The translations under genes were made by a program, and so were the position numbers. 64,000 nt of DNA from an uncultured Alphaproteobacteria bacterium (GTDB lineage: Bacteria > Pseudomonadota > Alphaproteobacteria > Rhizobiales > Xanthobacteraceae), in contig CAVPFQ010000025.1 of NCBI GenBank assembly GCA_963703845.1, positions 105,486-169,485 on the forward strand, read 5' to 3'. The first letter of the stretch is position 1, and each line of letters begins with the position of its first letter. Positions 1 through 11,563 of this stretch are shown in pieces. The notes under the pieces were generated by a model. The model was given only the letters and a program-made list of their open reading frames with translations. It was not told where the DNA came from and did not search any database.

Positions 1-69
1 GCCGCCGGGAGATGCTGCAACGACATCCTGAGCCGGAAGCGGCCCGCGCGGGAAGGAAAGCGTTTAGCC

Positions 70-786
70 ATGGCTGAGCCGGTCTATCGTCGCGTGGTGA
101 TAAAACTCTCCGGCGAATATTTCGCCGGCGCGCACTCCACCGGATTCGATCAGCCGACGATCGACCGCGTGGCCGGCGATCTGATCGCGGCCCAACAGAT
201 CGGGGTCGAAATCGCGGTGGTTGTCGGCGGCGGCAATCTGATTCGGGGCGTCGAAGTCTCCTCGCGCGGCGTCTCCCGGACCACCGGCGACACCATGGGC
301 ATGCTCGCCACCGTGATGAACTGCCTGGCGCTGGAGGCGGCGATCGAACGGCGGGGTGCGCCGGCGCGGGCTCTTTCCGCCTTCGTGATGCCGCAAGTCT
401 GCGAATTGTACACCCGGGGTGCAACGCACAAATATCTCGCCGAGGGCCGCATCGTGCTGCTCGGCGGCGGAACCGGCAACCCCTTCTTCACCACCGACAC
501 CACAGCGGTATTGCGGGCAGCCGAAATCGGTGCGCAGGCAATGCTCAAGGCCACCAATGTCGACGGTATCTACAGCGCCGACCCCAAAAAGGACGCCTCC
601 GCCAAGCGGTTCGACCGGCTGACCCATTCACAGGCGATTGAAGGCGGCTACAAGGTGATGGACGCGACGGCTTTCGCGCTTGCCCGCGAGACATCGCTGC
701 CTATCATCGTGTTTTCGATCGCCGAACCGGGGTCGATCGGCGCGATCCTGCGCGGCACCGGCCACGGCACCATCGTCGCGGGCTGA
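70..786 (+). CDS. pyrH: UMP kinase
   Basis: [12 protein letters not shown] and [10 protein letters not shown] motifs; directly upstream of frr. Confidence 0.97.
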   Translation: MAEPVYRRVVIKLSGEYFAGAHSTGFDQPTIDRVAGDLIAAQQIGVEIAVVVGGGNLIRGVEVSSRGVSRTTGDTMGMLATVMNCLALEAAIERRGAPARALSAFVMPQVCELYTRGATHKYLAEGRIVLLGGGTGNPFFTTDTTAVLRAAEIGAQAMLKATNVDGIYSADPKKDASAKRFDRLTHSQAIEGGYKVMDATAFALARETSLPIIVFSIAEPGSIGAILRGTGHGTIVAG

Positions 787-838
787 TGCGGCGGACCGCA
801 AGCAAGCCTCGCGGCTATCCAAGGGAGGGGAGAGCGTT

Positions 839-1402
839 ATGCCCACCGGTAAGTTCGACATCAACGAATTGAAACGCCGCATGCAAGGTGCAACCCAGGC
901 ACTCAAGCACGAACTGGGGGGCCTGCGAACCGGCCGCGCCGCGGCCTCGATGCTGGAGCCGGTGCAGGTCGACGCCTACGGCACCCACATGCCGCTCAAC
1001 CAATTGGCGACCGTGAGCGTGCCCGAGCCGCGGCTGCTCTCGGTGCAGGTCTGGGACCGGTCGATGGTCAAGGCCGTGGAAAAGGCGATCATCGATTCCA
1101 ACCTGGGTTTAAGTCCCGCCACCGAAGGCCAGGTACTGCGCCTGCGAATACCGGAACTCAACGAAGACCGCCGCAAGGAGCTCGTGAAAGTCGCGCACAA
1201 ATACGCGGAAGCTGCCAAGGTCGCGGTCCGGCACGTCCGCCGCGATGGCCTCGATACGGTGAAAAACCTCGAGAAGAACCACGAGATTTCCGAGGACGAT
1301 CAGAAACGCCTGGCCGCCGACGTGCAAAAGGCGACCGACGGAACGATTTCGGAAATCGATCAGCTGCTGGCGGCCAAGGAAAAAGAAATCCTCACGGTTT
1401 AG
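839..1402 (+). CDS. frr: Ribosome recycling factor
   Basis: [28 protein letters not shown]; ATG 839 follows a GGAG/GAGAG RBS-like run. Confidence 0.96.
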   Translation: MPTGKFDINELKRRMQGATQALKHELGGLRTGRAAASMLEPVQVDAYGTHMPLNQLATVSVPEPRLLSVQVWDRSMVKAVEKAIIDSNLGLSPATEGQVLRLRIPELNEDRRKELVKVAHKYAEAAKVAVRHVRRDGLDTVKNLEKNHEISEDDQKRLAADVQKATDGTISEIDQLLAAKEKEILTV

Positions 1403-1412
1403 GGATCGATTG

Positions 1413-2171
1413 ATGTCGAACGCCGCTGCTCCCGCGACCGACGGAACGGATCGATCCGACGCGCCGTTGCACGTGGCCATCATCATGGACGGCAACGGCC
1501 GTTGGGCGGCGGCGCGTGGTCTGCCGCGCGCCGAAGGCCACAGGCGCGGCGTTGAGGCGTTGCGTCGCGTGGTTCGCGCGACCCACGAACTCGGCATCCG
1601 CTATTTGACGATTTTTTCGTTCAGCTCGGAAAACTGGTCGCGGCCCGCGACCGAAATCGGAGACCTGTTCGGCCTGCTCCGGCGGTTCATCCGCAACGAC
1701 CTCGCGACCCTGCATCGCGACGGCGTGCGGGTGCGCGTGATCGGCCAACGCGACGGACTGGAGCCGGACATCTGCGCGCTGCTGAACGAGGCCGAAGAAC
1801 TGACCAGGGACAATACGAAACTCACGCTCGTGGTCGCCTTCAACTACGGCTCGCGGCAGGAAATCGCCGGCGCCGCGCAGCGGCTGGCGCGCGAGGTGGC
1901 CTCCGGCAAGCGCGATCCCGCCTCGATCGACGCTGACACGCTCGGCCGATATCTCGATGCGCCCGATATTCCCGATCCCGACCTGATCATTCGCACCAGC
2001 GGCGAACAGCGGCTGTCGAACTTCCTGATGTGGCAGGCGGCTTACAGCGAACTGGTGTTCGTGCCGATCCACTGGCCCGACTTCGACAAGGCCACGCTCG
2101 AGGGTGCGATCGCCGAATATGCCAGGCGGGAACGCCGGTTCGGCGGTCTGGCCGTGAAAACCGGATCGTGA
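1413..2171 (+). CDS. uppS: Undecaprenyl diphosphate synthase
   Basis: [22 protein letters not shown] and [12 protein letters not shown] motifs. Confidence 0.96.
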   Translation: MSNAAAPATDGTDRSDAPLHVAIIMDGNGRWAAARGLPRAEGHRRGVEALRRVVRATHELGIRYLTIFSFSSENWSRPATEIGDLFGLLRRFIRNDLATLHRDGVRVRVIGQRDGLEPDICALLNEAEELTRDNTKLTLVVAFNYGSRQEIAGAAQRLAREVASGKRDPASIDADTLGRYLDAPDIPDPDLIIRTSGEQRLSNFLMWQAAYSELVFVPIHWPDFDKATLEGAIAEYARRERRFGGLAVKTGS

Positions 2172-3013
2172 CCGAGGGCGATGCCGCGTCGGCGGCGGCC
2201 GAACAGGGTTCGCGCAATCTGATGCTGCGTGTCGTCGCGGCGCTGGTGCTCGCGCCATCGGCGATTGCGCTGGCCTATGCCGGCGGATGGCTGTGGGCAG
2301 GGCTGGTCATGCTGGCTTCGATCGGCCTCTATGTCGAGTGGCTGATGATCGTGGGCGCGATACGCGAGAAAGCCGTCGTCGCAACGGGAGGGGTCGCGCT
2401 GGCGCTGTCGGGGCTTTTTCTCGCTTCGGGACGGATCGATGCCGCGCTTATCGTATCGGCGTTCGGCCTTGCCGCCGTCGCGCTGCTTTCGCCGCAGCCG
2501 CGGCGTTGGAGCGCGGCCGGATTCCTGTACGCGGTGACGGCGGAGATCGCATCGATCCTGGTGCGCCTCGATCAGGCCCATGGCTTCGTCGCGCTGGTGC
2601 TGATCCTGCTCGTGGTTTGGGCGACCGATATCGGCGGCTTCTTCGCCGGACGCACCTTCGGCGGGCCGAAACTCTGGCCGCGGGTAAGTCCAAAGAAGAC
2701 CTGGGCGGGCGCGGCCGGTGGTTTTCTGGTGAGCGTGGCCGTATCGGCTGGATTTGCGGCGCTTGGTCTTGCCAAAACAGGCCCCATATTGCTGCTTGGC
2801 GCGGCGCTCTCGATCGCGTCCCAGCTTGGCGATCTCCTGGAGTCCGCGGTAAAGCGGCGTTTCGGCGTCAAGGATTCGAGCCACCTCATTCCCGGCCATG
2901 GCGGGCTGATGGACCGCCTCGACGGCTTCGTGGCGGCGGTGGTATTTGCCGCGATTCTCGGCCTTTTGCGGGGCGGCATGGATGGCGTCGGCCGCGGTCT
3001 TATGGTTTGGTGA
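2168..3013 (+). CDS. cdsA: Phosphatidate cytidylyltransferase
   Basis: Hydrophobic protein with SPKKTWAG and [18 protein letters not shown]; GTG start overlaps the uppS stop. Confidence 0.95.
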   Translation: MTEGDAASAAAEQGSRNLMLRVVAALVLAPSAIALAYAGGWLWAGLVMLASIGLYVEWLMIVGAIREKAVVATGGVALALSGLFLASGRIDAALIVSAFGLAAVALLSPQPRRWSAAGFLYAVTAEIASILVRLDQAHGFVALVLILLVVWATDIGGFFAGRTFGGPKLWPRVSPKKTWAGAAGGFLVSVAVSAGFAALGLAKTGPILLLGAALSIASQLGDLLESAVKRRFGVKDSSHLIPGHGGLMDRLDGFVAAVVFAAILGLLRGGMDGVGRGLMVW

Positions 3014-3017
3014 GCAG

Positions 3018-4241
3018 ATGAGCGCTGTTCCGTTGCGTAACAACAAGGCTGCGGCATCCGCCGTGCGCACCGTATCCGTGCTGGGCGCCACCGGTTCGAT
3101 TGGCGACAGCACCATGGATTTGCTGCGGGCCTCGCGCGACCGCTACCGGGTCGAGGCCCTGACCGCGAACAGCAACGTGCCGGCGCTGGCAAAGCTCGCC
3201 AGGGAGTTCGGCGCGCGATTTGCGGCAATCGCCGATCCAACGCGCCTTTCCGAACTGAAGGACGCGCTGGCAGGCACCCGGACCGAATGCGGCGCCGGCG
3301 AAAGTGCGGTGATCGAAGCCGCCGCCCGTCCCGCGGACTGGGTGATGGCGGCCGTCAGCGGCGCGGCCGGCCTGAAGCCTGCGCTTGCGGCCGTGGATCG
3401 TGGCGCCACGATTGCCCTCGCCAACAAGGAATGTCTGGTCTGTGCAGGCGATTTCTTCATGCAGCGCGCGGCGAGGGCAGGCGCCTGCATCCTGCCCGCC
3501 AATTCCGAGCACAATGCACTGTTCCAGGCATTGGGGTCGGGAAACCGGGAAGAACTGGTCCGCGTCATCATCACCGCCTCGGGCGGGCCGTTCCGGACCT
3601 GGGCCAGCGCCGATATCGAGCAGGCGACGCTGGCGCAGGCGCTGAAACATCCGAACTGGAGCATGGGACAGAAGATAACCATCAATTCCGCCTCGATGAT
3701 GAACAAGGGGCTCGAGGTGATCGAAGCCTCCTATCTGTTTGCACTGACGCCGGACGAGATCGACGTGCTCGTGCATCCGCAGTCGATCGTCCACGGCATG
3801 GTCGAATTTTCCGACCGTTCGGTGGTCGCTCAATTGGGGGCTCCGGACATGCGCACGCCGATCGCCCATTGCCTCGGATGGCCCGATCGGATCGTCGGCC
3901 CGGCGGCGAAGCTCGATCTTGCCAAGATCGGACAATTGACCTTCGAGGCGCCGGATTTCGATCGCTTCCCGGCGCTGCGGCTGGCTTACGAATCGTTAAG
4001 AACCGGACGCGGCGCAACTACGGTATACAATGCTGCCAATGAGGTCGCGGTGGCCGCCTTCATCGCCGGCAAGATCAAATTCGGTGCGATCGCACGCCTG
4101 GTCGAGGCGACGATCGAGGACTGGATCCGGTCCGGGAACCTGGCCCCCTTGACCTCTGCCGACGATGCCATCGCCGTTGACCATAACGCGCGAAATAAAG
4201 CTGCCACCCTCTTGCCTCAAATTGCCTTAAAGGCATCCTAG
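3018..4241 (+). CDS. dxr: 1-deoxy-D-xylulose 5-phosphate reductoisomerase (two D-to-N changes in conserved motifs, probably sequence errors)
   Basis: [40 protein letters not shown]; reads PANSEH and TINSAS where DSEH and DSA are conserved. Confidence 0.95.
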   Translation: MSAVPLRNNKAAASAVRTVSVLGATGSIGDSTMDLLRASRDRYRVEALTANSNVPALAKLAREFGARFAAIADPTRLSELKDALAGTRTECGAGESAVIEAAARPADWVMAAVSGAAGLKPALAAVDRGATIALANKECLVCAGDFFMQRAARAGACILPANSEHNALFQALGSGNREELVRVIITASGGPFRTWASADIEQATLAQALKHPNWSMGQKITINSASMMNKGLEVIEASYLFALTPDEIDVLVHPQSIVHGMVEFSDRSVVAQLGAPDMRTPIAHCLGWPDRIVGPAAKLDLAKIGQLTFEAPDFDRFPALRLAYESLRTGRGATTVYNAANEVAVAAFIAGKIKFGAIARLVEATIEDWIRSGNLAPLTSADDAIAVDHNARNKAATLLPQIALKAS

Positions 4242-4285
4242 TGGGTTGGGGACAGGGCTTCCGGCTCTGCTGAAGGGGAAGTTGG

Positions 4286-5437
4286 ATGTCCGAGTTTTTT
4301 CTGCATGGTTTCAATACCTTGAGCCATGGGTTCATCGGCTACATCATTCCCTTTTTGTTCGTCCTGACGATCGTGGTTTTCTTCCACGAGCTTGGCCATT
4401 TCCTGGTGGCCCGCTGGGCCGGCGTGAAAGTGTTAACGTTCTCGCTCGGCTTTGGACCGGAACTGTTCGGTATCAACGACCGGCACGGCACGCGCTGGAA
4501 GGTTTCCGCAGTCCCGCTCGGCGGCTATGTCAAATTTTTCGGCGACGATACCGAGGCCTCTACGCCGTCGGCCGAAGCGCTCGCCCGCATGAGCGAAGAA
4601 GAGCGTGAGGGTTCTTTCCATCACAAGAAAGTCGGGCCGCGCGCAGCGATCGTCGCCGCCGGTCCGATCGCCAATTTCATCCTCGCCGTTGTGATCTTCG
4701 CCGGCATGTCGCTGTACTACGGCAAGCCGAGTTCGATCCCGCGCGTCGATGTCGTTCAGCCGGACAGTGTTGCCGCCTCCGCCGGATTCAAGCAAGGCGA
4801 TGTGGTGGTTTCGATCGATGGCTCTTCCATCGAGAGCTTCGCCGACATGCAGCGCATCGTTTCGACCAACGCAGGTTCCGAGCTGGTTTTTCGGGTGAAG
4901 CGCGACGGCGCTTTGGTTACTCTGAAAGCAATCCCTGCGCTGAAGGAAGTGAAAGATCTGTTTGGCAATAACCACCGGATCGGCGTGCTCGGCATCCAGT
5001 ACAACGCCCAGCCCAGCGATCCCAAGAGTGCGCCGGTCGGCTATCTGGAATCGCTGAGAATAGGCGTCGACCAGGTCTGGTTCATCATTTCAGGCACGTT
5101 CAAGTTCGTAGGGTCGTTGTTCGTCGGCGCCGGCAGCTCGGGCGATGTCGGCGGACCTCTGCGGATCGCCCAGCTTTCGGGCCAGGCAGCCAGTCTCGGC
5201 TTCCAGTTCGTGCTGCAGCTTTGCGCGGCGCTTTCGGTGTCGATCGGGCTGTTGAACCTGTTTCCGGTGCCTCTGCTCGATGGCGGTCATCTTTTGTTCT
5301 ATGCGGTCGAGGCGGCGCGCGGACGCCCGCTCTCGGACCGCGCCCAGGAGGTGGGATTCCGGATCGGGCTCGGCTTGGTGCTGATGTTGATGGTGTTTGC
5401 CACCTATAACGACATCCTGCATCTGGCTGCATCGTGA
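4286..5437 (+). CDS. rseP: RIP metalloprotease RseP
   Basis: FHELGH (HExxH), PDZ region and NLFPVPLLDGGH. Confidence 0.95.
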   Translation: MSEFFLHGFNTLSHGFIGYIIPFLFVLTIVVFFHELGHFLVARWAGVKVLTFSLGFGPELFGINDRHGTRWKVSAVPLGGYVKFFGDDTEASTPSAEALARMSEEEREGSFHHKKVGPRAAIVAAGPIANFILAVVIFAGMSLYYGKPSSIPRVDVVQPDSVAASAGFKQGDVVVSIDGSSIESFADMQRIVSTNAGSELVFRVKRDGALVTLKAIPALKEVKDLFGNNHRIGVLGIQYNAQPSDPKSAPVGYLESLRIGVDQVWFIISGTFKFVGSLFVGAGSSGDVGGPLRIAQLSGQAASLGFQFVLQLCAALSVSIGLLNLFPVPLLDGGHLLFYAVEAARGRPLSDRAQEVGFRIGLGLVLMLMVFATYNDILHLAAS

Positions 5438-5610
5438 AACGGCTTTTTTGTGACGTGACCAATAGGCAACGTCTTGGAATGAAAATGGAATTGCGCTGCG
5501 ATAGGACATTTGCCGCCCCGGCAAAGTTGGCTACAAGCAGGGCAACGAATGGGAATCTGCCGGCGCGTAGGGGTGCGCTCCGGCACTGGAATGACAAGGG
5601 CGCGTTGCGC

Positions 5611-8178
5611 ATGAATGTTGGAATGCGAGTCCGGGGGGGCTTGTTGGCCGCCCTGATTATGTTCGCCATGCCGGCCGCCGCGACGCTGGCAGGTTTGCTC
5701 GTGTCCTCGCCGGCCGCCGCCCAGAACGTCAATACGATCGAGGTCCAGGGTAACCGCCGCGTCGAGATCGAGACCATCCGCTCCTACTTCAAGCCTGGGC
5801 CCGGCGGAAAGCTGGATCAGGCGCAAATCGACGACGGCCTGAAGGCGCTGATCGAGACCGGCCTGTTCCAGGATGTCAGGATCAACACGGTCGGCGGCCA
5901 TCTGGTGGTGGTCGTGATCGAAAACCCGGTGATCGGCAAAGTCGCCTTCGAGGGCAACAAGAAGATCAAGGACGAGCAGCTCTCTGCCGAAGTCCAGTCC
6001 AAGCCGCGCGGCACCTTCTCGCGCCCGATGGTACAATCCGACGCCCAGCGCATCGTCGATATCTATCGCCATTCGGGCCGCTACGATGTGCGGGTCACGC
6101 CCGAAATCATCGAACAGCCGAACAACCGCGTCGACCTGGTCTTCACGATCGTCGAGGGCCAGAAGACCGGCGTCAAGGAAGTCGAATTCATCGGCAACAA
6201 GGCTTATTCGTCCTACCGCCTCAAGGACGTCATCAAGACGCACGAATCGAACCTGCTGAGCTTCCTCGGCGGCGGCGACGTCTACGACCCGGACCGGGTC
6301 GAGGCCGATCGCGACCTGATTCGCCGCTTCTATCTGAAAAATGGCTACGCCGACGTGCAGGTGGTGGCGGCGCTGACCGAGTACGATCCGGAGCGCAAGG
6401 GCTTCCTGGTGAGCTTCAAGATCGAAGAGGGCCAGCAATATCGGGTGGCGGCGGTCAATTTCGAGTCCAGCATCGCAACGCTTGACGGAAATTCGCTGAA
6501 GAGTTTCTCGCGCGTCTATGTCGGCTCGCTCTACAATGCCGAGGCGCTGGAGAAATCCGTCGAGGAAATGCAGATCGAGGCGTCGCGGCGCGGCTATGCC
6601 TTTGCGATCGTGCGCCCGCGCGGCGATCGCAACTTCGACGCCCATACCGTCACCATCACCTATGCGATCGACGAGGGGCCGCGGACCTACATCGAGCGCA
6701 TCAATATTCGCGGCAACACCCGCACCCGCGACTACGTGATCCGCCGCGAATTCGATATCTCGGAAGGCGACGCCTACAACCGCGCGCTGGTCGACCGCGC
6801 CGAGCGCCGCCTCAAGAACCTCGATTACTTCAAGACCGTGAAAATCGCGACCGAGCCGGGATCCTCCAGCGACCGCGTGATTCTGGTGGTCCAACTCGAG
6901 GAGAAATCCACCGGCGACTTCTCGGTGTCGGGCGGTTATTCGACCACCGACGGCGCGCTCGCCGAGATCAGCATTTCCGAGCGCAACTTCCTCGGGCGCG
7001 GGCTGTATGCCAAGGCAGCTGTGACCTATGGCCAGTACGCCCGCGGCCTCTCGCTGTCGTATGTCGATCCGTACCTGCTCGATTACCGCATCGCGATGGG
7101 CATCGACGTCTTCTATCGCGAGCAGCTGCCGAACAGCTATATTGCATACGGCACCAAGACCATCGGTTTCAGTCCGCGGCTCGGATTCCAGTTGCGCGAG
7201 GATCTCTCGCTGCAGGTTCGGTATTCGCTCTATCAGCAGACGGTCTCGCTGCCGAATTATCTCGCGAATTGTAACAACACCACGAACAATCCGTTGCTGG
7301 CCTTCAACCCGTCGCCGGCATGGGTGGCCGCGAATCCGACGATTGATCCTACTGGCCCCGGCTATGGGGCTACCGACGCGTCAGGTATGGGCCTGTGGTG
7401 CTACAGCGACGGCGAGGCTTCGCTGCCGATCCGCCAGGAACTGGCGCAAGGCGCCGCGCTGACGTCCTCGGTCGGCTACTCGCTGGATTACAATACGCTT
7501 GATAACAACAAGAACCCGACCGACGGTCTCTTGATCGATTGGAAGCAGGACTTCGCCGGCGTCGGCGGCGATGTGGCCTATCTGAAGAGCGCGATCGACG
7601 GCAAATACTACTCGCCGCTGGTCGCCGATATCGTCGGACTGATCCACGTCCAGGCCGGCATTCTCAACCATGTCGGCAGCAGCCAGCTGCGGATGCTCGA
7701 TCAGTTCCAGATGGGTCCGAACCTCGTGCGCGGCTTTGCTCCCAACGGCATCGGCCCGCGCGACATCAACCCCTACGGCACGATGGACGCGCTCGGCGGC
7801 ACCAAATATTGGGGTGCCTCCTACGAGCTGCAGATGCCGTTCTGGTTCCTGCCGAAGGAAGTGGGCCTGAAGGGCGCCCTCTATGCTGACGCGGGCGGCC
7901 TGTATGACTACCAGGGGCCGACCACATGGGCCGCCACCGGCGAACTCACGACGCCGGCCAATTCGAATTGTATCAAGCCGACGAACAATCCGCCTTCGCC
8001 CGGTACCTGTACCGGATTGGTGTACGACAGCGGCAATACGGTCCGCACCTCCGTCGGCGTAGGCCTGATCTGGGCGTCGCCGTTCGGACCGCTGCGCTTC
8101 GATTATGCGATCCCGTTGACCAAGGGCAAGTACGACGTTGTGCAGCAATTCAAGTTTGGCGGCGGGACATCGTTCTGA
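5611..8178 (+). CDS. bamA: Outer membrane protein assembly factor BamA
   Basis: Signal peptide, POTRA repeats, VRGF loop motif, C-terminal [11 protein letters not shown]...GTSF; start inferred at ATG 5611. Confidence 0.95.
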   Translation: MNVGMRVRGGLLAALIMFAMPAAATLAGLLVSSPAAAQNVNTIEVQGNRRVEIETIRSYFKPGPGGKLDQAQIDDGLKALIETGLFQDVRINTVGGHLVVVVIENPVIGKVAFEGNKKIKDEQLSAEVQSKPRGTFSRPMVQSDAQRIVDIYRHSGRYDVRVTPEIIEQPNNRVDLVFTIVEGQKTGVKEVEFIGNKAYSSYRLKDVIKTHESNLLSFLGGGDVYDPDRVEADRDLIRRFYLKNGYADVQVVAALTEYDPERKGFLVSFKIEEGQQYRVAAVNFESSIATLDGNSLKSFSRVYVGSLYNAEALEKSVEEMQIEASRRGYAFAIVRPRGDRNFDAHTVTITYAIDEGPRTYIERINIRGNTRTRDYVIRREFDISEGDAYNRALVDRAERRLKNLDYFKTVKIATEPGSSSDRVILVVQLEEKSTGDFSVSGGYSTTDGALAEISISERNFLGRGLYAKAAVTYGQYARGLSLSYVDPYLLDYRIAMGIDVFYREQLPNSYIAYGTKTIGFSPRLGFQLREDLSLQVRYSLYQQTVSLPNYLANCNNTTNNPLLAFNPSPAWVAANPTIDPTGPGYGATDASGMGLWCYSDGEASLPIRQELAQGAALTSSVGYSLDYNTLDNNKNPTDGLLIDWKQDFAGVGGDVAYLKSAIDGKYYSPLVADIVGLIHVQAGILNHVGSSQLRMLDQFQMGPNLVRGFAPNGIGPRDINPYGTMDALGGTKYWGASYELQMPFWFLPKEVGLKGALYADAGGLYDYQGPTTWAATGELTTPANSNCIKPTNNPPSPGTCTGLVYDSGNTVRTSVGVGLIWASPFGPLRFDYAIPLTKGKYDVVQQFKFGGGTSF

Positions 8179-8210
8179 GTTCGATCACCGGCCGGACCGC
8201 GACGAGGGGA

Positions 8211-9275
8211 ATGGCGCAGCCGACATTTTTCGAGCAACCACCTGCGTCGACGCTGGCTGAAATCGCCGCGTTGACGAAGGCGCATTTGGTCGATGCCTCG
8301 AGGGGAAGCCAGATCGTACGGGGGCTGGCTTCGCTCGACGAGGCCGGGCCGATGCATCTGACGTTTTTCGACAATCTCAAATACAAGGGCCAGCTCGCTT
8401 CCACCAAGGCCGGTGCGTGCCTGGTGCACGCGCGCTTCGAGGCCGACGTGCCCGCCCACGTCGCGGTGTTGCGCACCGCCCAGCCGTTCCGCGAATTCGT
8501 CAAGGTGGCGCGCGAATTTCACCATGACGCGCTGCGTCCGCAATCCTGGTTCGGCAATGCCGGGATTGCGCCCTCCGCCATCATCGACGAAAGCGCGCAT
8601 CTGGAAGACGGCGTGATCGTCGATCCGCTGGCCGTGATCGGCCCCAACGTCGAAATCGGCAGCGGCACCATTGTCGGGGCCGGCGCCGTGATCGGCGCCA
8701 ATGTCCGGATCGGGCGGGATTGCAACGTCGGCGCGCGCACCGCCATCCAGTTCGCGCTGATCGGCAACAACGTCCTGATCCACCCCGGCTGCAGCATCGG
8801 GCAGGACGGCTATGGCTTCGTCTTCTTCGGGCCGGACGGCCATCTGAAGGTGCCGCAAACCGGCCGGGTCGTGATCCAGAACGACGTGGAAATCGGGGCG
8901 GGCACCACCATCGATCGCGGCAGCCTGCGCGACACCGTGATCGGCGAGGGCACCAAAATCGACAATCAGGTCCAGATCGGTCACAATGTGACTATCGGCA
9001 GGCACTGCCTGCTGGCGGCCCAGATCGGGCTCGCCGGCAGCCTGACGATCGGGGACAATGTGGCGCTGGGGGCCAAGGTCGGCATCAACAACCATCTTCA
9101 CATCGGCGACGGCGCCCAAGTCACGGCGATGAGCGCGGTCAAGGACGACATTCCGGCAGGCGGACGCTGGGGCGGCCACTTTGCCAAACCGACCAGGCAG
9201 TGGTTCCGGGAAATCCTGGCGGTGGAGCGTCTGGTGCGCGACAGCGCTGCCGATCCGAAGGGCGAGGGGGAGTGA
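8211..9275 (+). CDS. lpxD: UDP-3-O-acyl-glucosamine N-acyltransferase
   Basis: Hexapeptide repeats, [20 protein letters not shown]. Confidence 0.95.
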   Translation: MAQPTFFEQPPASTLAEIAALTKAHLVDASRGSQIVRGLASLDEAGPMHLTFFDNLKYKGQLASTKAGACLVHARFEADVPAHVAVLRTAQPFREFVKVAREFHHDALRPQSWFGNAGIAPSAIIDESAHLEDGVIVDPLAVIGPNVEIGSGTIVGAGAVIGANVRIGRDCNVGARTAIQFALIGNNVLIHPGCSIGQDGYGFVFFGPDGHLKVPQTGRVVIQNDVEIGAGTTIDRGSLRDTVIGEGTKIDNQVQIGHNVTIGRHCLLAAQIGLAGSLTIGDNVALGAKVGINNHLHIGDGAQVTAMSAVKDDIPAGGRWGGHFAKPTRQWFREILAVERLVRDSAADPKGEGE

Positions 9276-9733
9276 TGGAGGACGCCGCGGTCAGATTTGC
9301 GCTCGTGGACATCAACGAGATCCTCATGACGCTGCCGCATCGCTATCCGATGCTGCTGATCGACCGCGTGATCAATATTCGCACCGATTACAGCGGCGTC
9401 GGGGTCAAGAACGTGACGTTCAACGAACCGCCGTTCCAGGGGCATTTCCCGGATCGGCCGGTCTATCCCGGCGTGATGATGATCGAGGCGATGGCGCAGA
9501 CCGCGGGCGTGATCGGCATCAAATCGGTCGAGGGCACCGAGCGGCCGCGCGCGGTGTATTTTCTCACCATCGACAAATGCAAATTCCGCAAGCCGGTGAT
9601 GCCCGGCGACACCATCGAATATCACATGCGCTCGATCGGCCGCCGCAAGACCATGTGGTGGTTTCACGGCGACGCCAGGGTCAACGGCACGACGGTGGCC
9701 GAAGCCGACGTCGGCGCGATGCTGACGGATTAG
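9275..9733 (+). CDS. fabZ: 3-hydroxyacyl-ACP dehydratase
   Basis: [12 protein letters not shown] and [20 protein letters not shown]. Confidence 0.95.
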   Translation: MEDAAVRFALVDINEILMTLPHRYPMLLIDRVINIRTDYSGVGVKNVTFNEPPFQGHFPDRPVYPGVMMIEAMAQTAGVIGIKSVEGTERPRAVYFLTIDKCKFRKPVMPGDTIEYHMRSIGRRKTMWWFHGDARVNGTTVAEADVGAMLTD

Positions 9734-9870
9734 GACAGAGGCCGCGACAGGGCCAGATGCGGGCTCGGAATTGAAACACGGCGTAACCGGACGTCACTGG
9801 ACAGTCCCGGAATGTCGCGCTAACCACCAGCAAACTCAGGCACATCCACAGCGACTTTTGCACGGCGATC

Positions 9871-10692
9871 TTGGCGAATAACCTGACCAGGAATACCATC
9901 GATCCCACCGCGCGGATCGAAGACGGCGCCGTCATCGGCGAGGGCACCACCATCGGCCCCTATTGCGTCATCGGCCCCAATGTCGTGATCGGCGTGGATT
10001 GCAAGCTGCTGGCGCATGTCCATGTCACGGCGCAGACCACGATCGGCGACAACTGCACGATCTACCCCTTCGTCTCGCTCGGCACCCCGCCGCAATCGCT
10101 GAGCTATCGCGGTGAATTGACCCGGCTCGAGATCGGCCAGGGCTGCACCATCCGCGAGCAGGTCACGATGAACGCCGGCACCGTCGGCGGCGGCGGCATC
10201 ACCCGCGTCGGCGAGCGCGGTTATTTCATGAATTGCAGCCATGTTGGTCACGACTGCCGGGTCGGCAACGACGTCATCTTCGCGACCTCGGCCACCCTCG
10301 GCGGCCATTGCGAGATCGGCGATTTTGTCTTCATCGGCGGCCTGTCGGCGGTACACCAGTTCACGCGGATCGGGCCGCAGGTGATGGTCGGCGGCGTCTG
10401 CGGCGTCCGCAGCGACGTGATTCCGTTCGGCCTCGTCAACGGCCAGTACGCCACTCTGGAAGGGCTTAATATCGTCGGCATGCGCAGGCGCAAGTTCACC
10501 CGCGCGCGGCTCGCCACCGTGCGGACGTTTTATCAAAAACTGTTTCACGGACCCGGCATCTTCGCCGAGCGGCTGGACGCGGTGCAGCCGATGGCGGCCG
10601 AGGACCCCGCGATCGCCGAAATCCTGGCCTTCATCCGGAACAACAAGCATCGTGCTCTGTGCCTGCCGGCCGATGACGGCAAGCGGCATTGA
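9871..10692 (+). CDS. lpxA: UDP-N-acetylglucosamine O-acyltransferase
   Basis: IDPTARIEDGAVIG, hexapeptide repeats, SHVGHDC, HQFTRIG; only a TTG start is available. Confidence 0.93.
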   Translation: MANNLTRNTIDPTARIEDGAVIGEGTTIGPYCVIGPNVVIGVDCKLLAHVHVTAQTTIGDNCTIYPFVSLGTPPQSLSYRGELTRLEIGQGCTIREQVTMNAGTVGGGGITRVGERGYFMNCSHVGHDCRVGNDVIFATSATLGGHCEIGDFVFIGGLSAVHQFTRIGPQVMVGGVCGVRSDVIPFGLVNGQYATLEGLNIVGMRRRKFTRARLATVRTFYQKLFHGPGIFAERLDAVQPMAAEDPAIAEILAFIRNNKHRALCLPADDGKRH

Positions 10693-10705
10693 TGACATCA
10701 GGGCC

Positions 10706-11563
10706 ATGACAACAGGGGCGCTGGAAATTTCTTCTCCGGTCGGGTTGATCGCCGGCGGCGGCGTCATGCCGTTCGCGGTTGCCGATTCGATGGTTGCGCG
10801 CGGCCTTCCGCCGGTGCTGTTCGCGCTGAAGGGCGCATGCGATCCGGTGGCGGTCGAGCGCTACCGCCATTGCTGGATTTCGGTCGGCCAGGTCGGCCGG
10901 GCCATCAAACTGTTTCGCGCCGAAAACTGCCGGGATCTGGTCTTTATCGGCACCTTGGTGCGGCCGGCGCTGTCGGAAATCCCGCTGGACTGGACCACGC
11001 TTCGCATCCTCGGGCGGGTATGGGCGGCCTTCCGGGGCGGCGACGACCATCTGCTGTCCAGTATCGGCCGCATCCTCGAGCAGGACGGCTTCCGCATGGT
11101 GGGCATCAGGGATGTCGCCCCGGACCTGCTGATGCCGCAGGGATCCCTGACCCGGTCGGCGCCCGATGCCAATGCGCTCGCCGACATCGCCAGGGGCCGC
11201 GAGGTGCTGGCAGCTCTCAGTCCCTTCGATATCGGGCAGGCCGCGGTCGTCATCGACGGCCATGTGGTGGCGGTGGAAGACATCGAAGGCACCGACGCCC
11301 TGCTGGCGCGGGTGGCGCGGCTGCGCGGCGAGCGACGCATTCGCGCCAAAGCCGGCCGCGGGGTCCTGGTGAAGGCGCCGAAAAGCGGCCAGGATCTGCG
11401 TTTCGACCTGCCGACGATCGGGCCGCAAACCGTCGAAGGCGCGGCCGCGGCGAAGCTTGCAGGGGTGGCGATCGTGGCCGGCAACACGCTCGTGGTCGAG
11501 CCGCAGGCGATGATCGAAAAGGCCGACGCCGCCGCCCTGTTCGTGACCGGCCTTTCCGCGTGA
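10706..11563 (+). CDS. lpxI: UDP-2,3-diacylglucosamine pyrophosphatase LpxI
   Basis: GLIAGGG, DIGQAAVV, VEDIEGTD, DLPTIGP; lies between lpxA and lpxB. Confidence 0.9.
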   Translation: MTTGALEISSPVGLIAGGGVMPFAVADSMVARGLPPVLFALKGACDPVAVERYRHCWISVGQVGRAIKLFRAENCRDLVFIGTLVRPALSEIPLDWTTLRILGRVWAAFRGGDDHLLSSIGRILEQDGFRMVGIRDVAPDLLMPQGSLTRSAPDANALADIARGREVLAALSPFDIGQAAVVIDGHVVAVEDIEGTDALLARVARLRGERRIRAKAGRGVLVKAPKSGQDLRFDLPTIGPQTVEGAAAAKLAGVAIVAGNTLVVEPQAMIEKADAAALFVTGLSA

